Assembly: GCA_050633245.1 (NCBI GenBank)
Contig: JBOEGD010000011.1
Coordinates: 256,001 to 320,000, forward strand
DNA from: Calditrichia bacterium
Lineage (GTDB): Bacteria > Calditrichota > Calditrichia > RBG-13-44-9 > J075
Direction: 5' to 3'
DNA length: 64,000 nt
Shown: one piece after another, positions 18,387 through 27,816 of the stretch
How the letters are laid out: each line of letters opens with the position of its first letter
Position numbering within the stretch: position 1 is the first letter of the stretch
Notes under the pieces: generated by a model
What the model saw: only the letters and a program-made list of their open reading frames with translations
What the model was told of the DNA's origin: nothing
Databases searched by the model: none
Position numbers and translations under genes: made by a program

Positions 18387-19481
18387 TTGGAGTCCTTTGT
18401 GATCAACGTTGGAGCGTCGCTGCGAACTATGCTGTTCTTCTTCGTAATACTTCTCCTTTTTAGCAATGAAAGTTTGTTTGCTCAAAGTCAATTATCAGAA
18501 GCCGCAACTAAGCAATGGCAGCAGGCGAATACTGCCTTGAGGCAGAATGAGCTTGATAAAGCATTGCGTTTATATCGGTCGGTATTACATACTGCCGAGT
18601 CGTCCCAAAATATTTCAGCCAGCGTTCGTGCCTATGAAGCTATTGCGCTCGTTCATAAAAAACGCAGCGAATACGATCTTGCCAGAGAGTATTGCCGTCG
18701 ATCCATTCAAACCGGTTCACCTTCATTTCGTGCCTACGCGATATTTGCACAAACATCCTATGAAGATGGTAAATCGTATGATGAAGCACTGAAGTTCTGT
18801 CAGGAAGGTAGAAAACTCTTCCCGCATCAGGAATACTTGATCTCTTATTGCGATCTGATCGAGAATGTCTGGCGTAAGAAGGTCGATAATGCTACAATTT
18901 CCTCTGAAAATGGCTATCAGCTTACCCGCATGGAGCGTGAGGTGATCCGCGAGTTGAATTATGCCAGAACCCGACCGGCGGAATACGCAAAACATCTGAT
19001 TCAACTTCGGGAATTTTATTCAGGAGTGCTGTTAAAACAACCCAATAAGATTCCGGTGCGAACTAACGAAGGTGTTGCAGCAGTTGACGAAGCGATTCAA
19101 TATCTACAGCGGGTTGCTCCGGTTAGTGGCTTAAAGTCATCTATCGGAATGTCGCTTGCAGCGAGGGATCATGTTGTCGACCAACAAAAGTCCGGGCAAA
19201 CCGGACATACCGGTGGAGATGAAAGCGAGCCGTTTGAACGCCTGGAGCGATATGGTGTGTGGGACGGGATCTCCGGCGAAAACATTGCCTATGGTGATGA
19301 GTCTGCACGTATGATCGTGATGCAGCTGATTATCGATGATGGTGTTCCGAGCAGGGGACATAGGGAAAATATCTATAACCCTGAGTTTCGCATCGCCGGA
19401 ACAGCGATTGGGACGCATCCGGTTTACCGCACGATGTGTGTGATAACCTTTGCGCGAAAGTTCAAAGAAGGCACCCGTTAG
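18387..19481 (+). CDS. Secreted TPR + CAP (SCP) domain protein
   Basis: Signal peptide (possible start 18429), TPR-like helices, GHTG..ERLERYG..GENIAYG..LIIDDGVPSRGHRENI. Confidence 0.85.
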   Translation: MESFVINVGASLRTMLFFFVILLLFSNESLFAQSQLSEAATKQWQQANTALRQNELDKALRLYRSVLHTAESSQNISASVRAYEAIALVHKKRSEYDLAREYCRRSIQTGSPSFRAYAIFAQTSYEDGKSYDEALKFCQEGRKLFPHQEYLISYCDLIENVWRKKVDNATISSENGYQLTRMEREVIRELNYARTRPAEYAKHLIQLREFYSGVLLKQPNKIPVRTNEGVAAVDEAIQYLQRVAPVSGLKSSIGMSLAARDHVVDQQKSGQTGHTGGDESEPFERLERYGVWDGISGENIAYGDESARMIVMQLIIDDGVPSRGHRENIYNPEFRIAGTAIGTHPVYRTMCVITFARKFKEGTR

Positions 19482-19498
19482 CGCGAATTGCATTCCGT

Positions 19499-19527
19499 TT
19501 GACCCCGTCTGATGAATTGTCTATATT
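19499..19527 (+). promoter_or_regulatory. Putative sigma70 promoter of SLOG-SLATT/AhpD unit
   Basis: TTGACC-17 nt-TATATT. Confidence 0.55.
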
Positions 19528-19622
19528 CCCTAATTGGATGACAAGCTGCTTATGAGTTGCTTGTCGTTCACATTCCCATCTTTCAATTGCCGTAAAGCGT
19601 TATAGTTGTTAAGGAGACTTGT

Positions 19623-21794
19623 ATGAGCACCAGTCAAATCCCAATTCAGCACATTCTATTTAAGAACGGCCATTCAGCACATTCGGTTTTACACAATGAC
19701 TCTACTTCCATTAAAAATATTGTCCGATCCCTAAAACTACCTGATTTCGAGGGAGTTATTGTCATTGTCGGTGGAACCCAGGAATCCGAAGACGCTGAAA
19801 AGAACTCTCGGATCGAGCAGCTGTTTAATCGTGGTATCCTGCAGGCAGCGCTTAATACCAATGCTTTGCTGATTGACGGTGGTACCGATTACGGCGTGAT
19901 GAAAAAACTTGGTCAAGCGGTTGCCGATCGCAGTGAGAGGCCTGTCATTCTCGGGATTGCTCCAAGAGGCAAAATAAATCTTCCTGGAGAAAATGTGGAG
20001 GGGAACCACTCGCTCGAGCCGAACCACTCACACTTTGTATTCGCAGATTCTGCTAAGTGGGATGATAGCACCTCACTCATGTTTCGCCTGGCAGAGCAAT
20101 TGAGTAACGATAAGCCTGTTATGGCGGTTCTGGTTAATGGTGGCAAGACTTCGAAAGATTGTATTGTACAGGCTACGCGGCGCGGCTGGCGAACGCTGGT
20201 GCTAAAAGGAAGCGAGCGGCTGGCGGATCAAATTGCTGCAACCAATGAGTTCTTTGCTGCCCTTAAGCAAGATGAAAAAGCCGTGGAAGGTGAAGAGACT
20301 ACCACAAATAAGCCGTCCGGGAATTTGTATTGGACGGATGACAAAAAGCCCGTGATTGCCGCTGGAGGCAATGCCGCCGGACAGACGCTGCTGGTTTCCA
20401 ATGATGGATTTATTGCCGATCCGCAGCTCGCTGAAATAGTAATTGATGGCAACCTCGATGTTATCGATTTAAATGAAGGCCTTGAGCCGACTATCGAAAA
20501 ACTCAGCTCAAAGGTTACGGAAAACTTGCTGAGTGACAACTTTCTGGAGAGCGCCTGGCAGCGATTTACACTTTATGACCACAATGCCAATCTACATCGT
20601 GATCGATTTCGCAAGGTGGAGAATTGGGTGCTTTTCTTAAGCGTCTTGTCTACGCTGTTAGCGGTATTTAAGGTTGTGCTCGAAAATCAACTGTTGCTGC
20701 ATCAACTTCGTGATTTGGAGCGCCCGTCATGGCTTTTTAGCAGCTTTCCGGGGTTTGTTGACCTGGCTGGTGATATTAATTCGCTGTACCTACATTGGAG
20801 CATAGTGCTGGTTCCAATTGTTCTTACTGCACTACTAGCCGGCGCAAATCGCTTTAAGTTCGGTAAAAAATGGATTAACCTGCGAGCTAATGCCGAATCG
20901 ATTAAGAGCGAGATCTTTCGTTATCGCTGCCTTTCCGGTCCGTATGGCTGGAAGCCCGAAGAGGGGATTTCGCGCCAGTCACAATTAGCACATCAGCTGA
21001 AAGTGATTACGCGACAAACGATGTTGACAGAAGTTAACCAGGCAGCCCTGTTGCCATACAGCGATGTTGGCGATCTGCTTGCAAAAGATATTCTGGCTCA
21101 AGATACCGGTGAAAATAATGATCGCCTGTTTTGGAAGCATAGCAGCGATGATTTATTCAGCCTGCTTACACCACAGCAATACATTGACTGGCGTGTTAAA
21201 GAACAGAAAGGCTTCTTCGTCTCTAAATCGAACAAGCTTGCAGTGAAGCTGGGACGTCTTCAATGGTCGATATTTATCCTTGCCGGTTTTGGAACGCTGT
21301 TGGCTGCCTTTGGTTTCGAAATTTGGATTGCCGTTACAACTGCGATTGCCGTCGCAATTGGTACCAAACTACAATTCGATCAGGTTGAGGAAACGCTTAT
21401 GATTTATAATCAAGCATCCACCGATCTGGAGAATGTTATTGAGTGGTGGGAGGCGTTAAGTCCGCTTCAGCGCAAACAGCGACGCTTCTTTAATAAGATG
21501 GTCGAAACGACCGAACAGGTTCTTGAAGGTGAGACCAAAGGTTGGTCGCAAAACATGACAGATGCTCTGGCCAAGTTGCGCGATACGCAGCGCGAAGACG
21601 GCTTTATGGGAAGTCTCGAAGCGGCTGTCGAGAATTATAAGGATGATCGAGCACGTGGGAACCTCATTCATCAAATGGCCAATCTGATTAAAACCATTCC
21701 GGATCATGAAAAAAAGGCGCAGCTCGCCGAGGCAATGAAAGAAGTGCTCAACGCGGCTGTTGAGGATCCGGTGCCCGATCCACTGGAGGAATAA
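19623..21794 (+). CDS. TRPM-type SLOG (LSDAT) domain fused to two SLATT/DUF4231-like 2TM domains
   Basis: VIVIVGG, LIDGGTDYGVM, LEPNHSHF, LVNGG, GSERLAD; then W..LRANAESIKSE..RY and YIDWRV..Q..F..K SLATT patterns with TM pairs. Confidence 0.8.
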   Translation: MSTSQIPIQHILFKNGHSAHSVLHNDSTSIKNIVRSLKLPDFEGVIVIVGGTQESEDAEKNSRIEQLFNRGILQAALNTNALLIDGGTDYGVMKKLGQAVADRSERPVILGIAPRGKINLPGENVEGNHSLEPNHSHFVFADSAKWDDSTSLMFRLAEQLSNDKPVMAVLVNGGKTSKDCIVQATRRGWRTLVLKGSERLADQIAATNEFFAALKQDEKAVEGEETTTNKPSGNLYWTDDKKPVIAAGGNAAGQTLLVSNDGFIADPQLAEIVIDGNLDVIDLNEGLEPTIEKLSSKVTENLLSDNFLESAWQRFTLYDHNANLHRDRFRKVENWVLFLSVLSTLLAVFKVVLENQLLLHQLRDLERPSWLFSSFPGFVDLAGDINSLYLHWSIVLVPIVLTALLAGANRFKFGKKWINLRANAESIKSEIFRYRCLSGPYGWKPEEGISRQSQLAHQLKVITRQTMLTEVNQAALLPYSDVGDLLAKDILAQDTGENNDRLFWKHSSDDLFSLLTPQQYIDWRVKEQKGFFVSKSNKLAVKLGRLQWSIFILAGFGTLLAAFGFEIWIAVTTAIAVAIGTKLQFDQVEETLMIYNQASTDLENVIEWWEALSPLQRKQRRFFNKMVETTEQVLEGETKGWSQNMTDALAKLRDTQREDGFMGSLEAAVENYKDDRARGNLIHQMANLIKTIPDHEKKAQLAEAMKEVLNAAVEDPVPDPLEE

Positions 21795-21795
21795 C

Positions 21796-22392
21796 ATGCC
21801 ATGGATTAAAGTGTTTCGCCCGAACGAAACCAAAGGATTGCTGAAGAAACTTTATGATGATGCCATTAAACGCGCTGGTCGTATCTGGGGAATTGTTGGT
21901 ATTATGAGCCAAAATCCACGCGCAATGAAGACATCAATGGATTTTTACGCTGCCATTATGTTTGGTTCTTCACCGCTAAGTCGCGGACAACGTGAAATGC
22001 TGGCGGTGGTCGTATCTTCACACAACCACTGTGTGTATTGAATCCGCGCTCATGCCCACGACCTCCGTGCCGAGGTCGCCGATTTCGAAATTACCGATAA
22101 TACCGCTGCAGATGAATTCGTTCATCAAATTGCAAAAGACTGGCGCGGGGCCGCTTTGTCTGCTGAGAATGTCGCGCTCTGTGAATTTGCGATGAAGCTA
22201 ACCGTTAATCCGCAGCAGATGTTATCAGACGATCTTGATCATTTACGGACTTTTGGCTTTGATGACCGCGCTATTCATGATGCAACTCAAATCGTTAGCT
22301 ACTTCAATTACATTAATCGCATTGCTGATGCACTTGGCGTAGAGCCGGAAGAATTTATTCGTCCGTGGGAGAACTCTCCTAAACCTGTCTAG
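21796..22392 (+). CDS. AhpD/CMD-family peroxidase, predicted selenoprotein (Sec at codon 82, CVYU)
   Basis: Two ORF-track fragments share one frame, separated only by TGA 22039-22041: REMLAVVVSSHNHC-V-Y-U-IRAH...YFNYINRIADALGV; 198 aa; SD GGAGG. Confidence 0.85.
22059..22078 (+). promoter_or_regulatory. Putative bacterial SECIS element
   Basis: CGACCTC-CGTGCC-GAGGTCG perfect 7-bp stem starting 17 nt after UGA; loop has GU at positions 2-3. Confidence 0.7.
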
Positions 22393-22434
22393 GGCATATT
22401 TGCGATAGCTGAAGAAAGCAAAACAGACGTGACG

Positions 22435-22454
22435 CCCGGTCTCGACCGGGTTTT
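22435..22454 (+). terminator. Rho-independent terminator
   Basis: CCCGGT-CTCG-ACCGGG-TTTT. Confidence 0.65.
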
Positions 22455-22547
22455 CTCGTTGTGCTATTAGCGACAGCTTACTGCCGCTCGATTCCCAATC
22501 ATTATCCAATAAATCTGTTTCAAAAAAAGTGCGACCTTTCGTAAGTT

Positions 22548-23246
22548 GTGCCATTACTAAATGCAGCTCATGAGGCCCCATTGGAACAACGTGAAAAAAT
22601 CTTTTTAGTACTGGCAGGAATTTTTATTACCTCGCTGGTTATGGCGAACCTTGTCGGGATTACAAAAATATTTTACTTCTTCGGAATTGGCATCCCGGTT
22701 GGAATCATACCCTATCCTGTAACCTTTCTTGCAACAGACCTGATCTCCGAGCTCTATGGAAAGAAGCGAGCCAGCTTCGTCGTTTGGGTTGGTTTTAGTA
22801 TGAACGTGTTTATGCTGCTGATAATGACGATCGGCTACTACGCCGCACCGGATATGGATTGGTTTAATGCGATTGCGGCCGGTTCAGAGCCAGGAAAAGA
22901 ATTTACTTTCGACTATATTTATGGCTATATGATTCGCGGCACGATTGCTTCGATGATTGCCTATTTGGTTGCGCAGTTCGCAGATGTCAATCTTTTTCAC
23001 TTCTGGAAGCGAGTTACCAAGGGACGCCATCTCTGGCTACGCAATAATGCCTCGACGCTGCTATCGCAAATCGTAGACACCGTCGCTGTTATGATGATCA
23101 CCTTCGTTGGTGTTCTGCCCATGAATCAAATTCTCGACCTGATACTCTACGGCTATCTCTTTAAAGTCTGCGCTGCGTTATTCGATACGCCATTCTTTTA
23201 TCTTGGCGTGCGCTATTTAAAAGATAAGGTTACGGAAATAGAGTAG
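22548..23246 (+). CDS. yhhQ: Queuosine precursor transporter (YhhQ/Vut_1 family)
   Basis: YPVTFLATDLISELYG, ASMIAYLVAQFAD, LWLRNNAST..SQ.VDT, DTPF. Confidence 0.9.
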   Translation: MPLLNAAHEAPLEQREKIFLVLAGIFITSLVMANLVGITKIFYFFGIGIPVGIIPYPVTFLATDLISELYGKKRASFVVWVGFSMNVFMLLIMTIGYYAAPDMDWFNAIAAGSEPGKEFTFDYIYGYMIRGTIASMIAYLVAQFADVNLFHFWKRVTKGRHLWLRNNASTLLSQIVDTVAVMMITFVGVLPMNQILDLILYGYLFKVCAALFDTPFFYLGVRYLKDKVTEIE

Positions 23247-23289
23247 GGGAGTCTTGTAACATCTACTAATTTGCTTCATCCAATCTGTA

Positions 23290-23922
23290 ATGGACGAACA
23301 AAAATACTATGGAGATGTTATGACGACCTTTTTTCCCAAAGACCGAATTCTTGCAGGCTATACCTACGACCAATTCCTCACAACGTTTGAAAATTCGATT
23401 TCCACTGCAAATCCTACCGAGGATGAGCTTGCGGATCACGAAATGCTTAAGCTTAATCTGCATCGAAGCAAGCGCGTTGCCAAAACGGCAAAGATTTCAC
23501 CTGAACTTCAGTCACTAATCGAACACATTACGGAGCCACAACTTTGGATGGTTCTCACTGAAGATTGGTGTGGAGATTCTGCTCAGACACTGCCGCAAAT
23601 CGCCCGCATTGCTGAAATGAATCCACTGATAACGCTACGCATACTGCCTCGCGATGAGAATCTGGATATCATGGATCGCTATCTTACCAATGGCGGACGT
23701 GCTATTCCCAAACTCGTTGCATTCAGCGAAGATGGTGTTGAGTTATTTACCTGGGGACCGCGTCCGGAAGAAGCCAGAAAGCTGGTAAAAAAGAACATTT
23801 CTGCCGAAACACCTAAAGATGAGTGGCAAAAAGAGCTTCACCTCTGGTATGCCCGAAATCGCGGTATTGAAGTAGATAGAGAATTTGTTGAGGTGCTTGA
23901 GAGTGAAAAAGCGAGCATCTAG
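23290..23922 (+). CDS. Thioredoxin-family protein (single-Cys WCGDS type)
   Basis: LTEDWCGDSAQ, RDENLDIMDRYLTNGGRAIP, WGPRP. Confidence 0.85.
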   Translation: MDEQKYYGDVMTTFFPKDRILAGYTYDQFLTTFENSISTANPTEDELADHEMLKLNLHRSKRVAKTAKISPELQSLIEHITEPQLWMVLTEDWCGDSAQTLPQIARIAEMNPLITLRILPRDENLDIMDRYLTNGGRAIPKLVAFSEDGVELFTWGPRPEEARKLVKKNISAETPKDEWQKELHLWYARNRGIEVDREFVEVLESEKASI

Positions 23923-23932
23923 AATAAATCCC

Positions 23933-23961
23933 TTGACTTTTTACCTACTAGTTGGTAGATT
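23933..23961 (+). promoter_or_regulatory. tetR promoter with operator palindrome between -35 and -10
   Basis: TTGACT-17 nt-TAGATT; operator TTACCTACTAGTTGGTAGA 23941-23959; ATG 6 nt after the -10 box. Confidence 0.75.
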
Positions 23962-23967
23962 TTTCCT

Positions 23968-24543
23968 ATGACACCAAAGGAAAAAACGAAAAAGCGGATA
24001 TTAAAAACCGCCGGTAAAATGCTGCTTGCCAACGGCTACAATGGATTTAGCTATGGCGATATTGCTCAGGAGGTGGGCATACGCAAGGCGAGCATCCATT
24101 ACCATTTTCCGTCCAAGGCTGAACTGGGTGCTGCTATCGTAGAAAATTACACGAAGTGGATGCACCGCTGGGTAGCCGAAACAGATGCTTCCAGCAAAAC
24201 GAGTATGGAACGACTGGAGGCTTTTTTTCTGCTTTATCGCAATTTTTTTGGTGTCGGCGAGAAGATTTGTATGAATGGTGTTCTTAGTGCGGATTTAAAT
24301 GGACTTCCCGAAGAGATGAAGCAGGCGTTTAAGAGGTTGCTTCATTTTGAGCATGAGTGGATGAAACAGGTGATTTTGGAGGGGCAGAAGAGTGGAGAGT
24401 TTCACTCGAAGCAATCTGCCGGCCGACTGGCTTTACTTGTTGGTGCTGCTCTGCAAGGATCTATTCAAATTGCGCGAGCGAATGACAATATGGATTTGCT
24501 GGACATTGCCATTGAACAAATGAAATTCTTGTTACAGCCCTAA
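23968..24543 (+). CDS. TetR/AcrR family transcriptional regulator
   Basis: GYNGFSYGDIAQEVGIRKASIHYHFPSK HTH. Confidence 0.93.
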   Translation: MTPKEKTKKRILKTAGKMLLANGYNGFSYGDIAQEVGIRKASIHYHFPSKAELGAAIVENYTKWMHRWVAETDASSKTSMERLEAFFLLYRNFFGVGEKICMNGVLSADLNGLPEEMKQAFKRLLHFEHEWMKQVILEGQKSGEFHSKQSAGRLALLVGAALQGSIQIARANDNMDLLDIAIEQMKFLLQP

Positions 24544-24560
24544 TTTTTTTTGCAAAAACA

Positions 24561-24579
24561 TCTACCTTCTAGTAGGTAA
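24561..24579 (+). promoter_or_regulatory. Second TetR operator copy
   Basis: TCTACCTTCTAGTAGGTAA; its reverse complement matches 23941-23959 at 17/19; overlaps the hydrolase RBS. Confidence 0.75.
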
Positions 24580-24590
24580 GGAGTTGCTCG

Positions 24591-25436
24591 GTGGCAAAGA
24601 AGAAAAAAACACCTCTGATTTTTAGTTCTCTACGCGCCTTTTTTGGCGCGCTAAGTAAGGTCTCCCCAAAGCTGGCCCTCGAATTTGCCTTTCACTTATT
24701 TTTTCGACCTCGCGGTCGTTTAAAACAGGTAGTCATGCCCGATGTAGAAACAAGCCTCTTTTACATTGATGTCAATGGCAAGCGCGTTTCTGTGCAAAGC
24801 TGGGGGAGTGGACCCCTGGTTATTCTTGTACATGGCTGGGAAGGTCGTGGAATGCAATGGCACAAGTTTATTCCGGCATTAGCAAGCGCCGGTTACCGGG
24901 CAGTAACGTTCGATGCGCCTGCGCACGGGGCGTCTACCGGAAAAAGCACGAATCTTCTCGAGTTCTCTGCAACCATTCGCGCAATTCGCGATGTGCTCGG
25001 CGAGCCTTATGCCGTAGTCGGTCACTCTATGGGAGGAGCCGCAATGGGTATAGCCTTCGATGAAGGCCTGTCCGGTAAAAAGGCGGTTGCTATCTCAGCT
25101 CCGGCAAAGCTGGACTTTGCAATAGAACAGTTTTCCAAAATGATCAACCTCTCCGGATCTGTAAGAAACCGTATGCGCGACCGTATTTCAAAACACTTAA
25201 AACGCGCTGTTGAGACGCTTAATTTTGATGGGATTTCTGAACGGTTAACAATGCCCGCACTTATCATTCACGATAAGTATGATCGAATTGTGCCTGTTGA
25301 AAATGGCTACTCCATTCATCGCGCCTGGAACGGTTCGCGTCTGGCTGAGACGAGTGGGCTTGGTCATGTTCGAATACTGGAAGATGATTCCGTGATCCAA
25401 AAGGTTGTCAGCTTTATTGATACCGAACCTGTTTAG
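24591..25436 (+). CDS. Alpha/beta-fold hydrolase
   Basis: LVHGWEG, FDAPAHG, GHSMGG nucleophile elbow, HD.YD, GLGH. Confidence 0.92.
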   Translation: MAKKKKTPLIFSSLRAFFGALSKVSPKLALEFAFHLFFRPRGRLKQVVMPDVETSLFYIDVNGKRVSVQSWGSGPLVILVHGWEGRGMQWHKFIPALASAGYRAVTFDAPAHGASTGKSTNLLEFSATIRAIRDVLGEPYAVVGHSMGGAAMGIAFDEGLSGKKAVAISAPAKLDFAIEQFSKMINLSGSVRNRMRDRISKHLKRAVETLNFDGISERLTMPALIIHDKYDRIVPVENGYSIHRAWNGSRLAETSGLGHVRILEDDSVIQKVVSFIDTEPV

Positions 25437-25453
25437 AACCACCTCCATAAGTA

Positions 25454-25497
25454 CAGTGGGTGGGGCCTCCCAGAAAGGTTCCGCCCACTGGCTTTTC
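25454..25497 (+). terminator. Rho-independent terminator
   Basis: CAGTGGGTGGGGCCT...AGGTTCCGCCCACTG followed by GCTTTTC. Confidence 0.65.
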
Positions 25498-25567
25498 TGA
25501 TCAATCCTTTTGACATCATCCTCAACGTTGTTTATCTTTCGCGCCGATCAACTATGTAAAGGCCCAT

Positions 25568-26530
25568 ATGCAGCAGCCCAAACCGCAACGAATTGAACTT
25601 CCAACCGTGTTTGGTATGAAAACCGTTAACTCATGGCTTTTGCCGGGAACTGAACCGGTTCTTGTCGATTGCGGTGAGAATAGTCATGCCTCGATGACCG
25701 CCATTGAGAAGGGGTTAGGCGGTCATGGTATGAAAGTTGAAGACATTTCCCATCTTCTGATTACCCACGCTCATGTCGACCATATTGGAATGGCCGGCAG
25801 GCTGGCCAAGCGCAGTGGTGCGACAGTACATGTCTCAAGCATATTGCTTGATTGGGCGCTAAGACCACAAACGATGTGGAAAAAACGTGCTGATGCCTAT
25901 GTCGATGCGCTGGAAACCTATGCTCCCGATGAAGCGGATTCTTACCAGAAAGTCTTTCGAAACATGTTAGACATTTTTGCTGCGAGCTGGTCGATGATTG
26001 ATTCGGATCAGGTGAGCGTTTTTGAACCTGCTGCCCCCCTTGCGATTGGTGGTTTCGATTGGGATGTGATACCTGCACCCGGGCACTGTGGCAATCAAAC
26101 CGTGTTTTATCATTCCGCCAGTAAAACGATGTTGTCAGCCGATATGCTTCTTAAAGTTACGCCCACTCCGGTTATTGGGGAGTCTACCTCTGATAGCTCT
26201 AAGCCGGTGATAATGGAGATGCTGGAAAGCTATGAGTTCTTTTCCGCTATGGATATTGATCACACGTTCCCGGGTCACTATCAAGCTTTCGGAAATCCAC
26301 AAAAGTATATTTCCGAACAGGTTCAGCGGATTCATGGCCGCAAAGAAGCCTGTTTCGAACGTATCAAATCCGCAAAGCCCACCTTCATTGAACTGCTAAA
26401 CAGCATGTATGAGAATCGTGTTTCACCTCCTGCTTTTTCAATGCTCATTGGGTACGTCCAGCTGCTGGAGCGCGAGCAGCGAATACAAGCAGTGCGCAGA
26501 GGCGCTCGTTTTCAGCTTGAGCCGTGCTAA
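25568..26530 (+). CDS. Metallo-beta-lactamase-fold hydrolase
   Basis: THAHVDHIG, PGH, SADML, PGH. Confidence 0.9.
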   Translation: MQQPKPQRIELPTVFGMKTVNSWLLPGTEPVLVDCGENSHASMTAIEKGLGGHGMKVEDISHLLITHAHVDHIGMAGRLAKRSGATVHVSSILLDWALRPQTMWKKRADAYVDALETYAPDEADSYQKVFRNMLDIFAASWSMIDSDQVSVFEPAAPLAIGGFDWDVIPAPGHCGNQTVFYHSASKTMLSADMLLKVTPTPVIGESTSDSSKPVIMEMLESYEFFSAMDIDHTFPGHYQAFGNPQKYISEQVQRIHGRKEACFERIKSAKPTFIELLNSMYENRVSPPAFSMLIGYVQLLEREQRIQAVRRGARFQLEPC

Positions 26531-26658
26531 TCCCGCAAAACGTCCAAAAAACGCTTTTTTTGTGCAAAAATTGCTTGGAATTTGGAACCTTATCTTCCCA
26601 TATTTGTAAGCACATAAGCGTCCTGATACTTTAGTGGACGCTTTACCCGAGGATAAGA

Positions 26659-27762
26659 ATGCTAGGATATAGATTTAGCGATTTCCAGCCGCAAAAAGAT
26701 GGTAAATCGCAATTTGATAAGCTGCTGGATTTGTTTATGCAAATCCTTACGCATACCTCCGGGGATGTCTCTGAGGCTCTTCACTGGCTGAATCTGCTGG
26801 ACAATAAATATGACATGACCAGCGATGGTTATGGTATGGGCGATTTTATTCAGGATCTAAAGGATCGCGGATATATAAAAGATGACGAAGAGCAGGGGCC
26901 GGGCAACTATCAAATAACGGCCAAGAGCGAACAAACGATTCGCAAACGCTCTCTTGAAGAAATATTTGGCAAGCTGAAGCGTTCTCGTCCCGGACAGCAT
27001 CGTACACCTTTTGCCGGAATGGGAGATGAGCGTACTACCGACCGTCGCGACTTCCAGTTTGGCGATTCCATTGAACAGATAGACATGACGGATTCACTGC
27101 GCAATGCGCAAGTTCGCCACGGAATCAACGACTTCCGCCTGACTGAAGGAGATCTTGAGGTCGTTGAAAACGAGTATAAGGCGCAAACCTCTACTGTTTT
27201 AATGATCGATATTTCACACTCCATGATTCTATATGGTGAAGACCGGATTACGCCTGCCAAGAAAACGGCAATGGCGCTGGCTGAATTGATTACCACGCGC
27301 TATCCCAAAGACACTCTCGATATTATCGTCTTTGGCAATGAAGCCTGGCAAATTGAGATTCGCGATTTACCTTATTTGCAGGTGGGGCCGTATCATACCA
27401 ATACCGTTGCCGGCCTTGAGTTGGCAATGGATATTCTGCGCCGACGCAAAAACGCCAACAAACAAATCTTTATGCTCACCGATGGCAAGCCTACCTGTTT
27501 GAAAGAGGGTCTGAATTATTATAAAAACAGTTTTGGCCTCGATCGAAAAATTGTCAATAGAACCCTTCGTCTGGCAATGCAGTGTCGAAGACTGGATATT
27601 ATCATTACAACATTTATGATTGCCCGCGACCCCTATTTACAGAAGTTCGTGCAGGAGTTTACGCGCGTAAATAATGGTCGGGCCTTTTATAGCGGTCTAA
27701 AGGGGTTGGGCGAGTTCATTTTCGAAGACTATGTGCGTAATCGCCGCCGCCGTGTCCGCTAA
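26659..27762 (+). CDS. vWA (MIDAS) domain protein, partner of downstream AAA+ ATPase
   Basis: MIDISHSM (DxSxS), TNT, LTDGKP. Confidence 0.88.
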   Translation: MLGYRFSDFQPQKDGKSQFDKLLDLFMQILTHTSGDVSEALHWLNLLDNKYDMTSDGYGMGDFIQDLKDRGYIKDDEEQGPGNYQITAKSEQTIRKRSLEEIFGKLKRSRPGQHRTPFAGMGDERTTDRRDFQFGDSIEQIDMTDSLRNAQVRHGINDFRLTEGDLEVVENEYKAQTSTVLMIDISHSMILYGEDRITPAKKTAMALAELITTRYPKDTLDIIVFGNEAWQIEIRDLPYLQVGPYHTNTVAGLELAMDILRRRKNANKQIFMLTDGKPTCLKEGLNYYKNSFGLDRKIVNRTLRLAMQCRRLDIIITTFMIARDPYLQKFVQEFTRVNNGRAFYSGLKGLGEFIFEDYVRNRRRRVR

Positions 27763-27816
27763 TACATCATCCCAAAGCAACCCAAATTACCTGAACATGT
27801 TCGGAGAACAACTTAG

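Noticed and set aside
21760-22392. Two separate small genes or a nonsense pseudogene
   Set aside because: Same frame, TGA at the catalytic Cys position and a downstream SECIS-like stem favour Sec recoding; a pseudogene is not fully excluded without seeing sel genes
22393-22547. preQ1 riboswitch upstream of the queuosine precursor transporter
   Set aside because: No recognisable preQ1 consensus; the only hairpin is best explained as the upstream terminator
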